Assembly: GCA_963745075.1 (NCBI GenBank) | Contig: CAVUWV010000014.1 | Span: forward strand, 256,001 to 320,000 | DNA: 64,000 bases | Source of the DNA: Candidatus Hydrogenedentota bacterium | GTDB lineage: Bacteria > Hydrogenedentota > Hydrogenedentia > Hydrogenedentales > SLHB01 | Direction of reading: 5' to 3' | In this document: positions 29,394 to 40,100 of the stretch, one piece after another | Layout: each line of letters opens with the position of its first letter | How positions within the stretch are numbered: position 1 is the stretch's first letter | The notes under the pieces: model-generated | Told to the model about the DNA's origin: nothing | Seen by the model: only the letters and a program-made list of their open reading frames with translations | Databases searched by the model: none | Position numbers and translations under genes: made by a program

Positions 29394-30404
29394 TCGTCCT
29401 TTACTCGATGGTTCCGTTTATGTAGCGCAGGCGTCTCGCCTGCATCTCCCGAACGATCCGTAATCTGTTCAATCCCAACGTTCCGCAGCATCCCAGCATG
29501 TTTCGCGCGCAAAATTGGCGTGCCGGAGAACTCCTCGCGAAACGCTTCCTCATCCATCGCAGCAATCCATTCCGGGTCCGGATTCGCATGGCCGGGGCGG
29601 GGATGGAAGTCCGCTTCGTCCGTTTCCGCTCACTTTGCGATTCCACGGGCACACATCCTGGCAGATGTCGCAACCGAATAACCAACCTTCGAATTTGGGC
29701 TGGAGGTTCTCCGGGATTTCGCCACGGTTTTCAATCGTCTGATAGGAGATGCACCGACGTGAATCGACGACCTTGGGTTCGACAATCGCGTCCGTCGGAC
29801 AGGCATCAATACACAACCGGCAACTGCCGCATTGGTCCGGCACGGGCGAGTCCGGTTCGAGCTCGACCGTCGTGAGAATGACCCCGAGGAAGAACCAGGA
29901 TCCCAGGTCGCGCCGCAGGACTAGGCTATTTTTCCCAATCCAGCCGATCCCGGCGCGTGCCGCCCATGCGCGTTCGAGTACGGGGCCGCTGTCAATACAG
30001 CAGTAGGTCTGCGCGCCGTTTTCCAGCGACTCGATGAACCGCGCCAACCGGCGCAACGGTTTCAACAAGACACGATGATAATCGCGTCCCCACGCATACC
30101 GCGCGACTTTTCCAGCGCCCTCTTTCGCGTCCGGACGTGGCGCATAGTAATTCCGCGCGACGACCACCACGGACTTCGCGCCGGGGAGTTTCTTCTGCAC
30201 GTCCTGCCGGATGTCGCGGGTCCGCTCCATCCAGTCCATGTCCGCGTGGTAGCCGTTGCGCAGCCATTCGCCAAGGCGATCTTCCGGATCGATGGGCGTA
30301 GCCGCTGCGATACCGCAGGCGTCGAAGCGCTCTTCGCGCGCGCATTGCCGTACGCGGTTCGTGTTCGGTGTGGTTATGTCCGTTGCATGACTCGACATTC
30401 GCAT
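29390..30404 (-). CDS. queG: Epoxyqueuosine reductase QueG, with apparent +1 frameshift near 29630
   Basis: YAWGRDYH, ERAWAARAG.GWIGKN, CGSCRLCIDACPT, CISYQTIE, GCDICQDVCPWN. The conserved tail FSGTPILRAK...RN lies in the next frame. Confidence 0.9.
29420..29447. repeat. GTAG-type REP copy
   Basis: Identical to 7979-8006. Confidence 0.8.
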
Positions 30405-30448
30405 TAGCCAGTGACTTGCCGATAGTGTACTGAGTCCTACGTTGGCCC

Positions 30449-30617
30449 TAAGAACATCCCCCTTGATCCCCCTTCAAAGGGGGAATGGCGGCAACGCTTT
30501 GCGTTGCTTGTTAATTCTGAACCGCACCTATGGCGAACTTACAAGATTCTTGCAATTGTTCGACGACTGCGTGTGGCAAATTCCCCCTTTGAAGGGGGAT
30601 CAAGGGGGATGTTCTTA
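30449..30617. repeat. 38-bp perfect inverted repeat, REP doublet / MITE-like
   Basis: TAAGAACATCCCCCTTGATCCCCCTTCAAAGGGGGAAT (30449-30486) and its exact reverse complement (30580-30617). Confidence 0.9.
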
Positions 30618-30655
30618 ATGCAACAAAGGAGCATCTCGCTTCATGCGCCAAGCGC

Positions 30656-31384
30656 TCAGCGCAGGTTCACCCGCGCGCCGTACAGCTCGATCATTCTGCG
30701 GTTCCACTCGTCGCCGCCGGGCAGATTTGCCGTCTTGAACACGGGCGGTTCGGCGCCGCTTTCCGCGAACCGGCGCGACACGCCGTAGACGATTTGTTCC
30801 ACGATTGCAATGCCGATAAGACTCGACGTCGGTCCCGTCATGAGATCGGTGCCCGGAATCGGCAGCGCCGCATCGCCTGGACCGCCGCAATTGTCGATGA
30901 CTACGTCGCAGATTTCGTAAAGTTTCTTGTCCTGTCCGACGCCGTGCTTGGCCGCTCGCGACTGTTCCAACGACGTGATGGCTACGGTCTTAATTCCGCG
31001 GCCCTTCGCGATGAGGGCCATCTCGACCGGCACGGCGTTCTTCCCGCTGGTGGACACGATAGTCAGCACCTCGCCCGCGCGGATGTCCTGTTTGTCCAGC
31101 ACGACCTTCGCCAGACCGGGCAAGCGTTCCAGGTCCGTGCTGGTGACCGGACCCTCGTGTTGCATCAGGGCAGGGAAGAGAATGGCGTTTACCGGCACCA
31201 ATCCGCCGGCGCGGTAATACACCTCCTCGCCAATGAAATGGGAATGGCCAGTCCCGAAGATATGCCAGACGCCGCCGTCCAACAGGCTCTCCGCGACCAG
31301 ATTCGTGGCGGCGGCAATGGTTTCGGACTGGGTCCGCTCCACCTTTTCAAGGATCTTCCCAGCCACGGAAAAGAATTCAAGCAT
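30656..31384 (-). CDS. SIS-domain sugar isomerase-like protein (UPF0309 type)
   Basis: FGTGHSH..EE..YRAGGL, VSTSGKNAVPVEMA, DVVIDN, PPVFKTAN; RBS GGAGG. Confidence 0.9.
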   Translation of the reverse strand: MLEFFSVAGKILEKVERTQSETIAAATNLVAESLLDGGVWHIFGTGHSHFIGEEVYYRAGGLVPVNAILFPALMQHEGPVTSTDLERLPGLAKVVLDKQDIRAGEVLTIVSTSGKNAVPVEMALIAKGRGIKTVAITSLEQSRAAKHGVGQDKKLYEICDVVIDNCGGPGDAALPIPGTDLMTGPTSSLIGIAIVEQIVYGVSRRFAESGAEPPVFKTANLPGGDEWNRRMIELYGARVNLR

Positions 31385-31431
31385 ACGATTACCTCCTCGA
31401 AGGCGAGTATAGCGCGTTAGATTGCGCGTTG

Positions 31432-32280
31432 TTAATTGATGTGAAGCTGCGCGATGACCGGGAAATGGTCGCTGGGATATCGGCCGCCCTGGTTGTACGT
31501 CACGGTTTCGCAGCGATTGACCGCAACCGGTCCGCGTGTGAGAATCCAGTCGATACGCCGGTTTGTGCCGGGCTCGGGGGCTTTGAATGCGCTCCACGTG
31601 ACGGACGGACCGACTTGGTCTCTCGCCGCGCCCCATGCGTCGGTCATTCCGCCGTCGGTAAGAATCGTGTACGGCTCGCTGTGTACCGCGGTAGAATTGA
31701 AATCACCGGTGAGAATGACCGGCGCGTTCTCGGGCAACGTGTTGATGAAATCCAGCAAGACATGCGCGCCGCTTTGCCGTGCCGCTTCGCTTTTGTGGTC
31801 AAGATGGGTGTTCACATAGTAGAAAAAGGTCTTGCTTTCATGGTGGTAGAACTTCGCCCAGGTCGCCATGCGGTTGCACGCGGAATTCCAGGACGACGTG
31901 CCCGGCACATCAGGCGTTTCCGATAGCCAGAAGTTCCCGGAATCAATCGGACTGACAAGGTCAGACCGGTAGAGCACGGCCATACGCTCGCCGTTGCCGT
32001 CCGCTTCTCGACCCACCCCAAACCAGCGATAGTGGGGGAGATGGGCGACAAGGTAGTCGGCCTGAAAATCGAGACACTCCTGCGTGCCGATGATCGTAGG
32101 GGCCTTTTCGCGAAGCATGCCAACGACGATATCCTTTCGATGCTCCCAGGAATTATCGCCGTCGTTTGCGGTCCCGTACCGGATATTGAACGACATGACG
32201 GTCAACGGTATATCGCCTAACGCGGCGGTGGAGCCCAAGGCCAGCAGGATTACGGCTATTGCGGTGAATCGTCGATACAT
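31432..32280 (-). CDS. Secreted endonuclease/exonuclease/phosphatase-family protein
   Basis: SFNIRY, GTQE, NTHLDH, GDFN, RIDWI, PSDHFPV. Confidence 0.92.
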   Translation of the reverse strand: MYRRFTAIAVILLALGSTAALGDIPLTVMSFNIRYGTANDGDNSWEHRKDIVVGMLREKAPTIIGTQECLDFQADYLVAHLPHYRWFGVGREADGNGERMAVLYRSDLVSPIDSGNFWLSETPDVPGTSSWNSACNRMATWAKFYHHESKTFFYYVNTHLDHKSEAARQSGAHVLLDFINTLPENAPVILTGDFNSTAVHSEPYTILTDGGMTDAWGAARDQVGPSVTWSAFKAPEPGTNRRIDWILTRGPVAVNRCETVTYNQGGRYPSDHFPVIAQLHIN

Positions 32281-32286
32281 GACGGG

Positions 32287-34671
32287 CTACTTGGGCCTCC
32301 TCAGTTCGTCCAGTAAGAAATTTGGATACAACACATCATGCACCTTCTCTACAACGATATCTTCGGGCAGATGGAACGTCGTCCTGAGCCGAATATCTTT
32401 CGACGACGAGCCAACCCGCACTTCGTAATCCCCCTTGTCGGCCACCCACGCGCTTCTTCCGCTCCAGAACGAAGCCAAAGCGCGCCCATCCAGTTCGAAC
32501 GAAAGTTGTTGACTCTCGCCGGGCTGCAATAGTTTTGTTTTCGCAAAGCCCTTTAATTCCTGCGTCGGCTTGTCTATCACCGCAGCAGGAGCGGAAAGGT
32601 ATAGTTGGGCAATCTCTTTCCCCTCCACTTTTCCGGTGTTCGTTACGTTCACCGATACGTCCATCTTGCTTGAGAAGGTGTCGCTGCTCAGCTTCAGGTC
32701 CGAGTAGTCAAAGGTCGTGTACGACATCCCGTACCCGAACTCATAGGCCGTCGGCACGTCGAAGGAATCGTAATAGCGGTAACCAACGTAGATCCCTTCG
32801 TTGTAAAAAGAGTTGATCGGATCGTCCGCCGGAACACCGGGGAAAGTACTTGCTGACGGGACATCCTCGTATTTCAACGGGAATGAATCCGGTAGTTTTC
32901 CCGAAGGGGTAACGTCCCCCTTGATGATTTCGGCAATGGCCGTTCCGCCTTCTTGTCCTGGCATCCATGCCAAAACAATGGCATCGGGCTCGTCTCTCCA
33001 GCTTGCCGTCTCCCAAACTCCTCCGATATTGAGCACCACGACAACCTTTTTTTCGGCGGCGTGGTACACTTCGCACACATCATGAAGGAGGTCGCGTTCA
33101 ATTTCGGTCATCGGTAAGTAGCCGTTTTCATAATTCTCGCCGGCACTTCTTCCAAACGTAACGACGGCTACATCCGATCTGGACGCATATCCTTCAATCG
33201 TTTCTCGTGAAAGAGCCTCTTCTTTGCTGAAAGCGACCAGCCTTTCCTTGAAGTGAGGCGGCGCTTGATTTCCCACGATGCCGTTGTCTTTTCGCATTTT
33301 GGGATTATCAAAGTAATCCGGGACGAGGTTTTCCCTTTTTATCTTCTCAATATAGTCGTTGTATTCCTTCTCCATGTCTTTCAACACGGTGAAACCGGCG
33401 GCTTTGAGGCCCTCGTTGACGGATACGCCATGTTTCATGCTTCGGACAATCCCGCTTCCCGTTCCATACGGAATCAAATCGTAGGATGTCTTGCCGAACA
33501 GGGCGACGGTCTTTTCCCCAGTCAAGGGTAGGCAGTGGTCTGTATTCTTGAGAAGCACAATGCCTTCTTCGGCCGCTTCCCGTGCAACATTGTCATGCGC
33601 TTTCAAGTCTGGTTTCGCCGTAGGAACGTATCCTTGTGCCCGAGGAGACTCCAACTTGAACGCGATGAAGCGGACCAGATTCTCGTCAAGCGTGCGTTCG
33701 TCGAGCGTCTTGTCGTTTATGGCGGCTTTGATTTCGTCAAACTCCTGCTGATTTCCGCTCATCAGGAGGTCACTCCCCGCGCGTACCTTTGCTGCGGCGC
33801 TACCGAGCCCGTCGAAATCGGTAATATGAAATCCATCAAACCCCCATTCTTGCCGTGCGATAACCTTGAGCAGGTCAGGGTTTTCAGCAGTATAGAATCC
33901 ATTCAGTCGATTGTATGAACTCATAATGGACTTGGGCTTGCCCTCTTTTACGGCGATCTCGAAGCCTCGCAAATAGATTTCCCGCAACGCCCGTTGGCTT
34001 ACGACCGCATTGTAGGTTCTTCGGTTGGTTTGCTGATTGTGCGCGACGAAGTGTTTCAGTGTTGCGCCGATCCCATTGGATTGGAGCCCGTTTACCATGG
34101 AGGCCGCCATCTTACCGGTAAGGAGGGGATCCTCGGAATAGTACTCAAAAACTCGCCCATCTTTGGGACCGCGATGGATGTTCACCCCTGGCGCGAGTAT
34201 CAGATCGTAGTCATACTCCAAGACCTCGTTTCCAAAAGCCTCTCCCACGCGCTTCACCAGCTCGGGGTTCCACGTAGCCGCCAAGCACGTCCCGGTGGGA
34301 AACGCGGTCGTGTATTGATAATTCTTCTGTCCTTCTTTGCGAGGCTCTCTGTTTAAGCCTGCGGGCCCGTCGGACATAGCAGTAGTTCGAATGGAAAGGC
34401 GCGGTATCACCAGTTTTGACCGCTGATCCTCGACAATTATACCCTTTCCAGCGTCACTGTCATTGGGATCGAAGCCCGGCACGAATCGGCCGTCGCCAAC
34501 GGTCATGCCGATCTTCTCGTCCAGCGTCATTTGCGACACCAACGCTCTTGCTTGTTCCTCGATCGACTTGTCGCCGGAACTCGTATCTGCAGCCCGAGCG
34601 GTGTGCGAAATGCCGCTCAGCATAACAATAGCAATGATCCAAATGCTGTTTGTGAACGTATCCCGATTCAT
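32287..34671 (-). CDS. Secreted GH3 beta-glucosidase
   Basis: DGPAG, AFPTG..LAATWN, EYYSEDP, KHF, ITDF nucleophile, VLLKN, PSGKLP, YEFGYGMSYT, FN3-like C-terminus. Confidence 0.95.
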   Translation of the reverse strand: MNRDTFTNSIWIIAIVMLSGISHTARAADTSSGDKSIEEQARALVSQMTLDEKIGMTVGDGRFVPGFDPNDSDAGKGIIVEDQRSKLVIPRLSIRTTAMSDGPAGLNREPRKEGQKNYQYTTAFPTGTCLAATWNPELVKRVGEAFGNEVLEYDYDLILAPGVNIHRGPKDGRVFEYYSEDPLLTGKMAASMVNGLQSNGIGATLKHFVAHNQQTNRRTYNAVVSQRALREIYLRGFEIAVKEGKPKSIMSSYNRLNGFYTAENPDLLKVIARQEWGFDGFHITDFDGLGSAAAKVRAGSDLLMSGNQQEFDEIKAAINDKTLDERTLDENLVRFIAFKLESPRAQGYVPTAKPDLKAHDNVAREAAEEGIVLLKNTDHCLPLTGEKTVALFGKTSYDLIPYGTGSGIVRSMKHGVSVNEGLKAAGFTVLKDMEKEYNDYIEKIKRENLVPDYFDNPKMRKDNGIVGNQAPPHFKERLVAFSKEEALSRETIEGYASRSDVAVVTFGRSAGENYENGYLPMTEIERDLLHDVCEVYHAAEKKVVVVLNIGGVWETASWRDEPDAIVLAWMPGQEGGTAIAEIIKGDVTPSGKLPDSFPLKYEDVPSASTFPGVPADDPINSFYNEGIYVGYRYYDSFDVPTAYEFGYGMSYTTFDYSDLKLSSDTFSSKMDVSVNVTNTGKVEGKEIAQLYLSAPAAVIDKPTQELKGFAKTKLLQPGESQQLSFELDGRALASFWSGRSAWVADKGDYEVRVGSSSKDIRLRTTFHLPEDIVVEKVHDVLYPNFLLDELRRPK

Positions 34672-34879
34672 GCGCTTTACTCCTTTTCAAACCAAACAGA
34701 GAACGCCCCTTGTGCGACGCAGGTGCGGTCGGCGGATATTTCCGGTGGGACGTCGCCTGGACCATCACAGGAAGGTTAGCAAACATCGTAGAGATACACA
34801 CGGGTAAATTCAAAGGGGGGGTTCTGCCACGTTCGCTCTCTAAGGAAATCTCCGGCCAACCGGCCGCCATGCCGGAAAT

Positions 34880-35821
34880 TTATGCCCCTTCGCGCGCCGT
34901 GGGCGCGCAGCACGGATGGGTCGGTTCCGTGAGCAGAGCACGGATCTTCGACAGGGATTCGTCGGTGAAAAAGACGTCCGCATCGCCTTCGAACGCTTCC
35001 AGCAGGGCATCGGCATCGCGATCTAACTGACTGTGAAGCTCCGAAACGCCCTCGGTAGCATCGCCGTTCATGCGTCGCGCCAAGCGTTCCACGTGGTTTC
35101 GCATAACGCGCAAGTCGTTCCAGTCCCCGAGATGTCCCTGGGCCTTCTTCATCGTGCCGATGAACTGTTGCAGGGGCTTGTCGTAGAGTGCTTTGAAGAT
35201 CTCGCACGTATAACGCATGCGCTTGAACGCAATGCGAACCTGATGGAGGTCTTCCTCACTGTGCGTCTGCCGCCACCTGGTGTGGGCCACGGACAGTGCG
35301 TCCAGGCGCTTTACCAGCGCGGCGCTCGCCGTTTCGAGGTAGCATTGCCGGACCGCCTTGATGCCGCCCTTCAGTGTATCGAGACAATTCGAAAACCGGC
35401 AATCCTGAATCAGGTGCACCGACGCCTCGACATTGGCGGACTCATCCTCGCGTTCCGCACGGAGCAGGCGGAGGATCTGGGTCGTTGCCATTCGCGCGGG
35501 TCCTTTGAGCTTCCGCCGGCGTTTCTCCAACAGGCCGATCGTGACATCGAGTTCGCGCGCCGTACCGAGCCCGCGCGTTACGGCCTTTACCCGCCATTGA
35601 AATTCTTTGAGTGGACGTTTCTTGAACGCCTGTTTGTGCGCCCGGAGCAGGGATCGGATTCGGCGTGACGCCACGCGGACGTCATGAATCCCGTCCACGT
35701 CGTGTTCCGCAGCGGGTCCCGCGGCCTCGAGCAGCAAGACGACCCGCTCGTCCAGCGCACGAGTTGCGAATTCCTCACACAGTCCGCATCGCTTTGGCAC
35801 GTCGTACCTCGCTAGTTGCAA
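34880..35821 (-). CDS. CHAD-domain (polyphosphate-binding) protein
   Basis: IHDVRVASRRIRS, LGTARELDV, LHQVRIAFKRMRY..E, QGHLGDWND. Confidence 0.9.
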   Translation of the reverse strand: MQLARYDVPKRCGLCEEFATRALDERVVLLLEAAGPAAEHDVDGIHDVRVASRRIRSLLRAHKQAFKKRPLKEFQWRVKAVTRGLGTARELDVTIGLLEKRRRKLKGPARMATTQILRLLRAEREDESANVEASVHLIQDCRFSNCLDTLKGGIKAVRQCYLETASAALVKRLDALSVAHTRWRQTHSEEDLHQVRIAFKRMRYTCEIFKALYDKPLQQFIGTMKKAQGHLGDWNDLRVMRNHVERLARRMNGDATEGVSELHSQLDRDADALLEAFEGDADVFFTDESLSKIRALLTEPTHPCCAPTAREGA

Positions 35822-36522
35822 TCGAGAATGCGACCCCGCCAGCCCGTGGGGCGGCCGTAAGCATGCACAATACGAACGATCGGCGATCGTGAAATTCCGC
35901 CGGGGTTCAATCCGGGTTCCCCCTCGGGAATGGGCACCCCTAACGCTTCATAATACGCCTTCCACGGTCCAAATGTCTGCCCGGTCATGGCGTCTCGAAA
36001 CGTCATCGGCGCCAGCGAAAAAACGGGTTGCTTGCCGTTGGCCTCGCGAAACGCTTCGTACACGAGTTCCGAGCAATAGAATGAGGCATTGTCGATAACG
36101 TAGACGGAATCGTAGGGCCGCCCCAGAAAGCCCTTGGCAGTGCGCAGGGCGGCGGGGACCAGGCGTTGGTGGGACTCGTCCACCCGGCCGACGAGAACCT
36201 TCGGTCGTCCGTGGGAATCCTGACTGCGGGACAGAAATTCCGATAACGGTGTCTCCACAACCCCCGCGCTGACTGCTTCGATGATCAGGGGTTCGGATCC
36301 GTCCACGCCGGATACCATGCCCACGTGCGACAGATGGGCGCCATCGACTCCTTGCGTGACGGTTTCGATGGCATCGCAGAGCGGACCGCTATCCAGATCT
36401 TGAAAAAGCAGATCACCGGGACACAGCGCGAAACTCGACTGCTGCGCAGAGTCCGTCGCGCAACCGGATACCGTCACAATCAAACCTAGAAGCAATGTTG
36501 TCAGGTTATTGACGCACTTCAA
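35812..36522 (-). CDS. YiiX/YebB-like permuted NlpC/P60 amidase, lipoprotein
   Basis: Lipobox VSG-C; GDLLFQ, SHVG, LGRPYD, FYCSELV. Confidence 0.88.
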   Translation of the reverse strand: MKCVNNLTTLLLGLIVTVSGCATDSAQQSSFALCPGDLLFQDLDSGPLCDAIETVTQGVDGAHLSHVGMVSGVDGSEPLIIEAVSAGVVETPLSEFLSRSQDSHGRPKVLVGRVDESHQRLVPAALRTAKGFLGRPYDSVYVIDNASFYCSELVYEAFREANGKQPVFSLAPMTFRDAMTGQTFGPWKAYYEALGVPIPEGEPGLNPGGISRSPIVRIVHAYGRPTGWRGRILDCN

Positions 36523-37159
36523 TCGTTCTATCCTCCGCTTCGACTATGATCTCAACCGCTACCTTAAAGACTTCTTCGAAGAGCCCGCGCTTTCGTAGCC
36601 CACCCCAAATGTCCGTAGAACTCGGGCGTCGGAGCAGCGCATGAATCGTCACCGTATCATGTCCTCGCCTCACGCGAAACCCGCACACCGCCGCATCGTG
36701 CGCGCGATCCAGACCATCGGCGATCCGGAGCACGGCCGATAGACGGGAAACCAGCGCCTGGCCGGTTTCGTTCAAATCGCGGAACACCTTGTGATGGGGC
36801 CGCGGATGTGCCTTGCGATGGTAGCGCGCCACACAGGCGATGATGGACCGTTCCCGCTCCGAAAAACCGGTCAGTTCGTAACTCAGGATCAAATCCCTGG
36901 CGTGCTTGTGATGACCTTGAACGCTGATCGTGTGACCGATGTCGTGAAGCAGCGCCGCCGCGGTCAATAGCCGTCGGGCCTTTTTATCGAGCCCGTGCAA
37001 TTTGGCGGTCCGATCGAATAGCTGTTGCGCCAGCCGGCACACCTGAAACGCGTGGGACGGTTCCGGATCTACTTCGCGCGCGAGACGCCGAACCGCGGCA
37101 AGAGCATGGTCCGTTCCTTTCCGGCTGGGCGCCGCACTTTCTTTCGATCCTTCGTCCAC
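36506..37159 (-). CDS. Stand-alone HD-domain protein resembling the Ppx/GppA C-terminal half
   Basis: HA.QV..LA.QLFD, AAALLHDIG, HHKH, ARYHRK, LRIADGLDR; GTG after GGAGG. Confidence 0.88.
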   Translation of the reverse strand: MDEGSKESAAPSRKGTDHALAAVRRLAREVDPEPSHAFQVCRLAQQLFDRTAKLHGLDKKARRLLTAAALLHDIGHTISVQGHHKHARDLILSYELTGFSERERSIIACVARYHRKAHPRPHHKVFRDLNETGQALVSRLSAVLRIADGLDRAHDAAVCGFRVRRGHDTVTIHALLRRPSSTDIWGGLRKRGLFEEVFKVAVEIIVEAEDRTIEVRQ

Positions 37160-37173
37160 GCAATCCTCCGCTC

Positions 37174-40100
37174 TTACTCTTTCGTGAGGACCGTCAGGCC
37201 GAGATCGACGAACTGACCGCCACGGGTCTGGTGACAATGCATCGCGATGGTGTTTTCTTTTCCCGGCTTGAAGAGGGCGCGCTGGGCATCGGTCAGGGAG
37301 ACGCGCTCGTAATCCTGCAAATAGCCTTTTTCTTCAAAAAGCGGTTGGCCGTTCACGTAAACCTCCATGTCTTCATCGTGGTGGAGGGAGAGCCACGCGA
37401 TACCCTTTTCGAACCCTTTCAGGACATTGATTTTCGTACGCAACCAAATGTCCGGGGTCTTCCAATCGGTCCCGACGCGCGCGTGCGGGGTGCCGGAAGT
37501 GCCAAACCCACCCTTGCCGATTTCCCAGGCAGTCATGTCAAAGTCGGGTTGCGCCCAGTCCGGACCCGGATCGCTCAGAACGTAACGCCACACGTGTCCC
37601 TTGGGTCCGGTCTCAAGCAGCGTGTGCAAACGATCGGCAATGACGTTAACCGCCTTCGCCTCGTCTTTGGGTTTGGACGTACCGGGCGCCAGCGTCAAGA
37701 GCAGGGTCGGGTCGGCCGGGGATTGTCCCATCTCGGAACCGTACACGGCGAGACCACCTTTGTGGGCCGCGTCGGCCGCAACTTCGACGCGGATGGTGAC
37801 CGGCTGATTCCGTTCGACCGTCCGTTTCAACGCGGCCAGCGCATCGTCTTCGACGGTCATGTTGACCACCTTTCCGTATGACCCGTGTTGATACGCGGCG
37901 ACATGCGACAGCACGCCCCTCGCATCCGCGAAGTCCGAAGCAATGGAGACGGTCTTGATCGGTTCGCCCGCAATCGAAACGGTTACATCGGTGGGCCAGG
38001 CGCGGCCATCGGTCTGGGGATAATCCTGGGGTTTGGTGCGTGCCGGCCAATCGAGCCGTTCCCGATCGGCTTTCGCACCGATCTCCGCAATGAGGTGAGC
38101 CTCTTCGATGGAATCGGCTTTCAAGTCCTTGGGCATCTGGATCTGATACTCGAAGTAGGTGTCGTTGAAGCCGTACACCTTGCCCGGATGTGGCAAGATG
38201 GTTACGCTCGACGCTCCCGACTTCGTGTCCGAGAAGGACTGAACCGGGAACGTCACCGCGTACACATTGGGTTCATCCCACACGGCCCCATCGACGGCGT
38301 GAACCACGCAATAATTTGCGCCAATCCGCTGCCCGTCTTCGAGGATCTCCGCGACCACAAACATGAGCCCCGAAGCATTGGGGACGCTGAACGCGAAGGG
38401 ATCTTGCGGTGTGACGTGGTACGAAGCGCCTTCCACCGGTCGCTCTACGGCCGGTATCCATTCGCTCCAGGAATTCCCGTCAATGCTTTTGCCTTCGACC
38501 GATACCCGAAGTTTCAAGTCGTTCCGTTCGGACCAGTGGCTGAACAGAATCGGTACGCTTACGTCGCTGCCCGCTTTCGCCTGCTGATAGGGAGCGCAGT
38601 CAAGAACCGGATAGTCAGGGCTTTGCAGGTCGGCGACGGTGATGTCAGCGGGGTAGTTGTAGATCTTGTCCGAGCGGTCGTAATTCATGAATCCGTTGTG
38701 TTCCCACTCGATGTCGGACAGCTCGGTGTAGATGTACCCGTTGATGTTGTCCTGCTTGCGGAGCAGATTCGTGAGGAAAAGAAACACCCACGAGATGTCT
38801 CGGTCGCCGGACCCGGCACTCACGCCGCCATACTCGGAATTCATCAGCGGGGCGGTACCCTGAACCCATCCGTCGGCATAGTTGAAGTCGGACCCGGGAA
38901 ACGTCTTCTCGACCACCTCCGCGATATGGTCTTTGGCACGGTCAAAATTGTCGATATAGAAATGCCAGGAGTTGATGTCCGTTTCGGTGTGGTCATACAG
39001 ACAGGGGGAATTATCTTCTACAAGCCGCGTGGAATCGAGTTCTTTGGTAAGCGTCCACATCGAATGCGCCCAGTCCTGCGCGGCCTTGTCGTAGCCCTTG
39101 TCGCCAATCCCCCAGGTTTCATTAAAGTCCACCCACGCGAAAATGGCGGGATGATTGAAGTCGCGCGCAACCTGCCCGCGCAAGATGGTTTCCCACGCGC
39201 CGTAGGCCCGGTCGGATTTCTCCCAAAAGTTGGGCATGTCGCACATCAGCATGACCCCGAGCTTGTCGGCCCAATACAACGCGCGCGGTTCCTCGGTTTT
39301 AATGTGGATGCGCAGACAATTCAGGCCGTACTCCTTCGCCTTCTCGTAGTCATTGCGGATGAAGTCGTCGTCAGGGTGGGTGTAGATGCCCTTCGGGTTG
39401 AACGATTGATGAAGGGCCCCGCGCAGATAGATGGGCTTGTTGTTGAGCAGGATGTATTCGTGGTCGCTGCCCCCATACGTACCGCGCGCGATGTTCCGCA
39501 TGCCGAAGTAGGTATGCGCCTCGTCGACAACATCGTCGCCTTTGCTGAGCGTGAGGTCTACGTCGTACAGCGCCGGAAAATCGGGCGACCATAACGCGGG
39601 ATTGGGTATGGGCAGGTCGGCCATTATGTAGTTTGTGCCCACGGCGAGAGAGACCCTTGTCGAATGCGAAGCGGACTGTTCCTCGTGGGTTGCCGCCAAC
39701 TTCACCGTGTATTCGCCCGCTTCAGCGGCTACGATGTGGAGTTTGAACTCGGCTCGTTCGCTATCGATATCGGGGTATACGTGTGCTTGCTGCAAATAGG
39801 ACGAGCCACGGGATTCCATATACACGGTCTGCCAAATCCCGCCGGTGTGTGTATACCAATGAACTTGTTTTCCTGTCGGCAGATCCGGCTCGTTACGATC
39901 CACCGCGCGCACTGTCACGGTAACGGAATCGCCGGGCTTGACCATATCCGTCAACTCGACCTCGAAGGGGATGTACCCGCCTTCATGGGAGGTAACTTCC
40001 TGGCCATTGATCCACACCGTCGCACTCCAATCGACCGCGCCGAACACGAGGAATACGCGCGGACCCGCGTCGGCCGGAATGGTAAACCCGCGCTGGTACC

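Noticed and set aside
37885..39594. 569-aa plus-strand ORF
   Set aside because: Antisense to the GH2 gene; typical high-GC shadow ORF.
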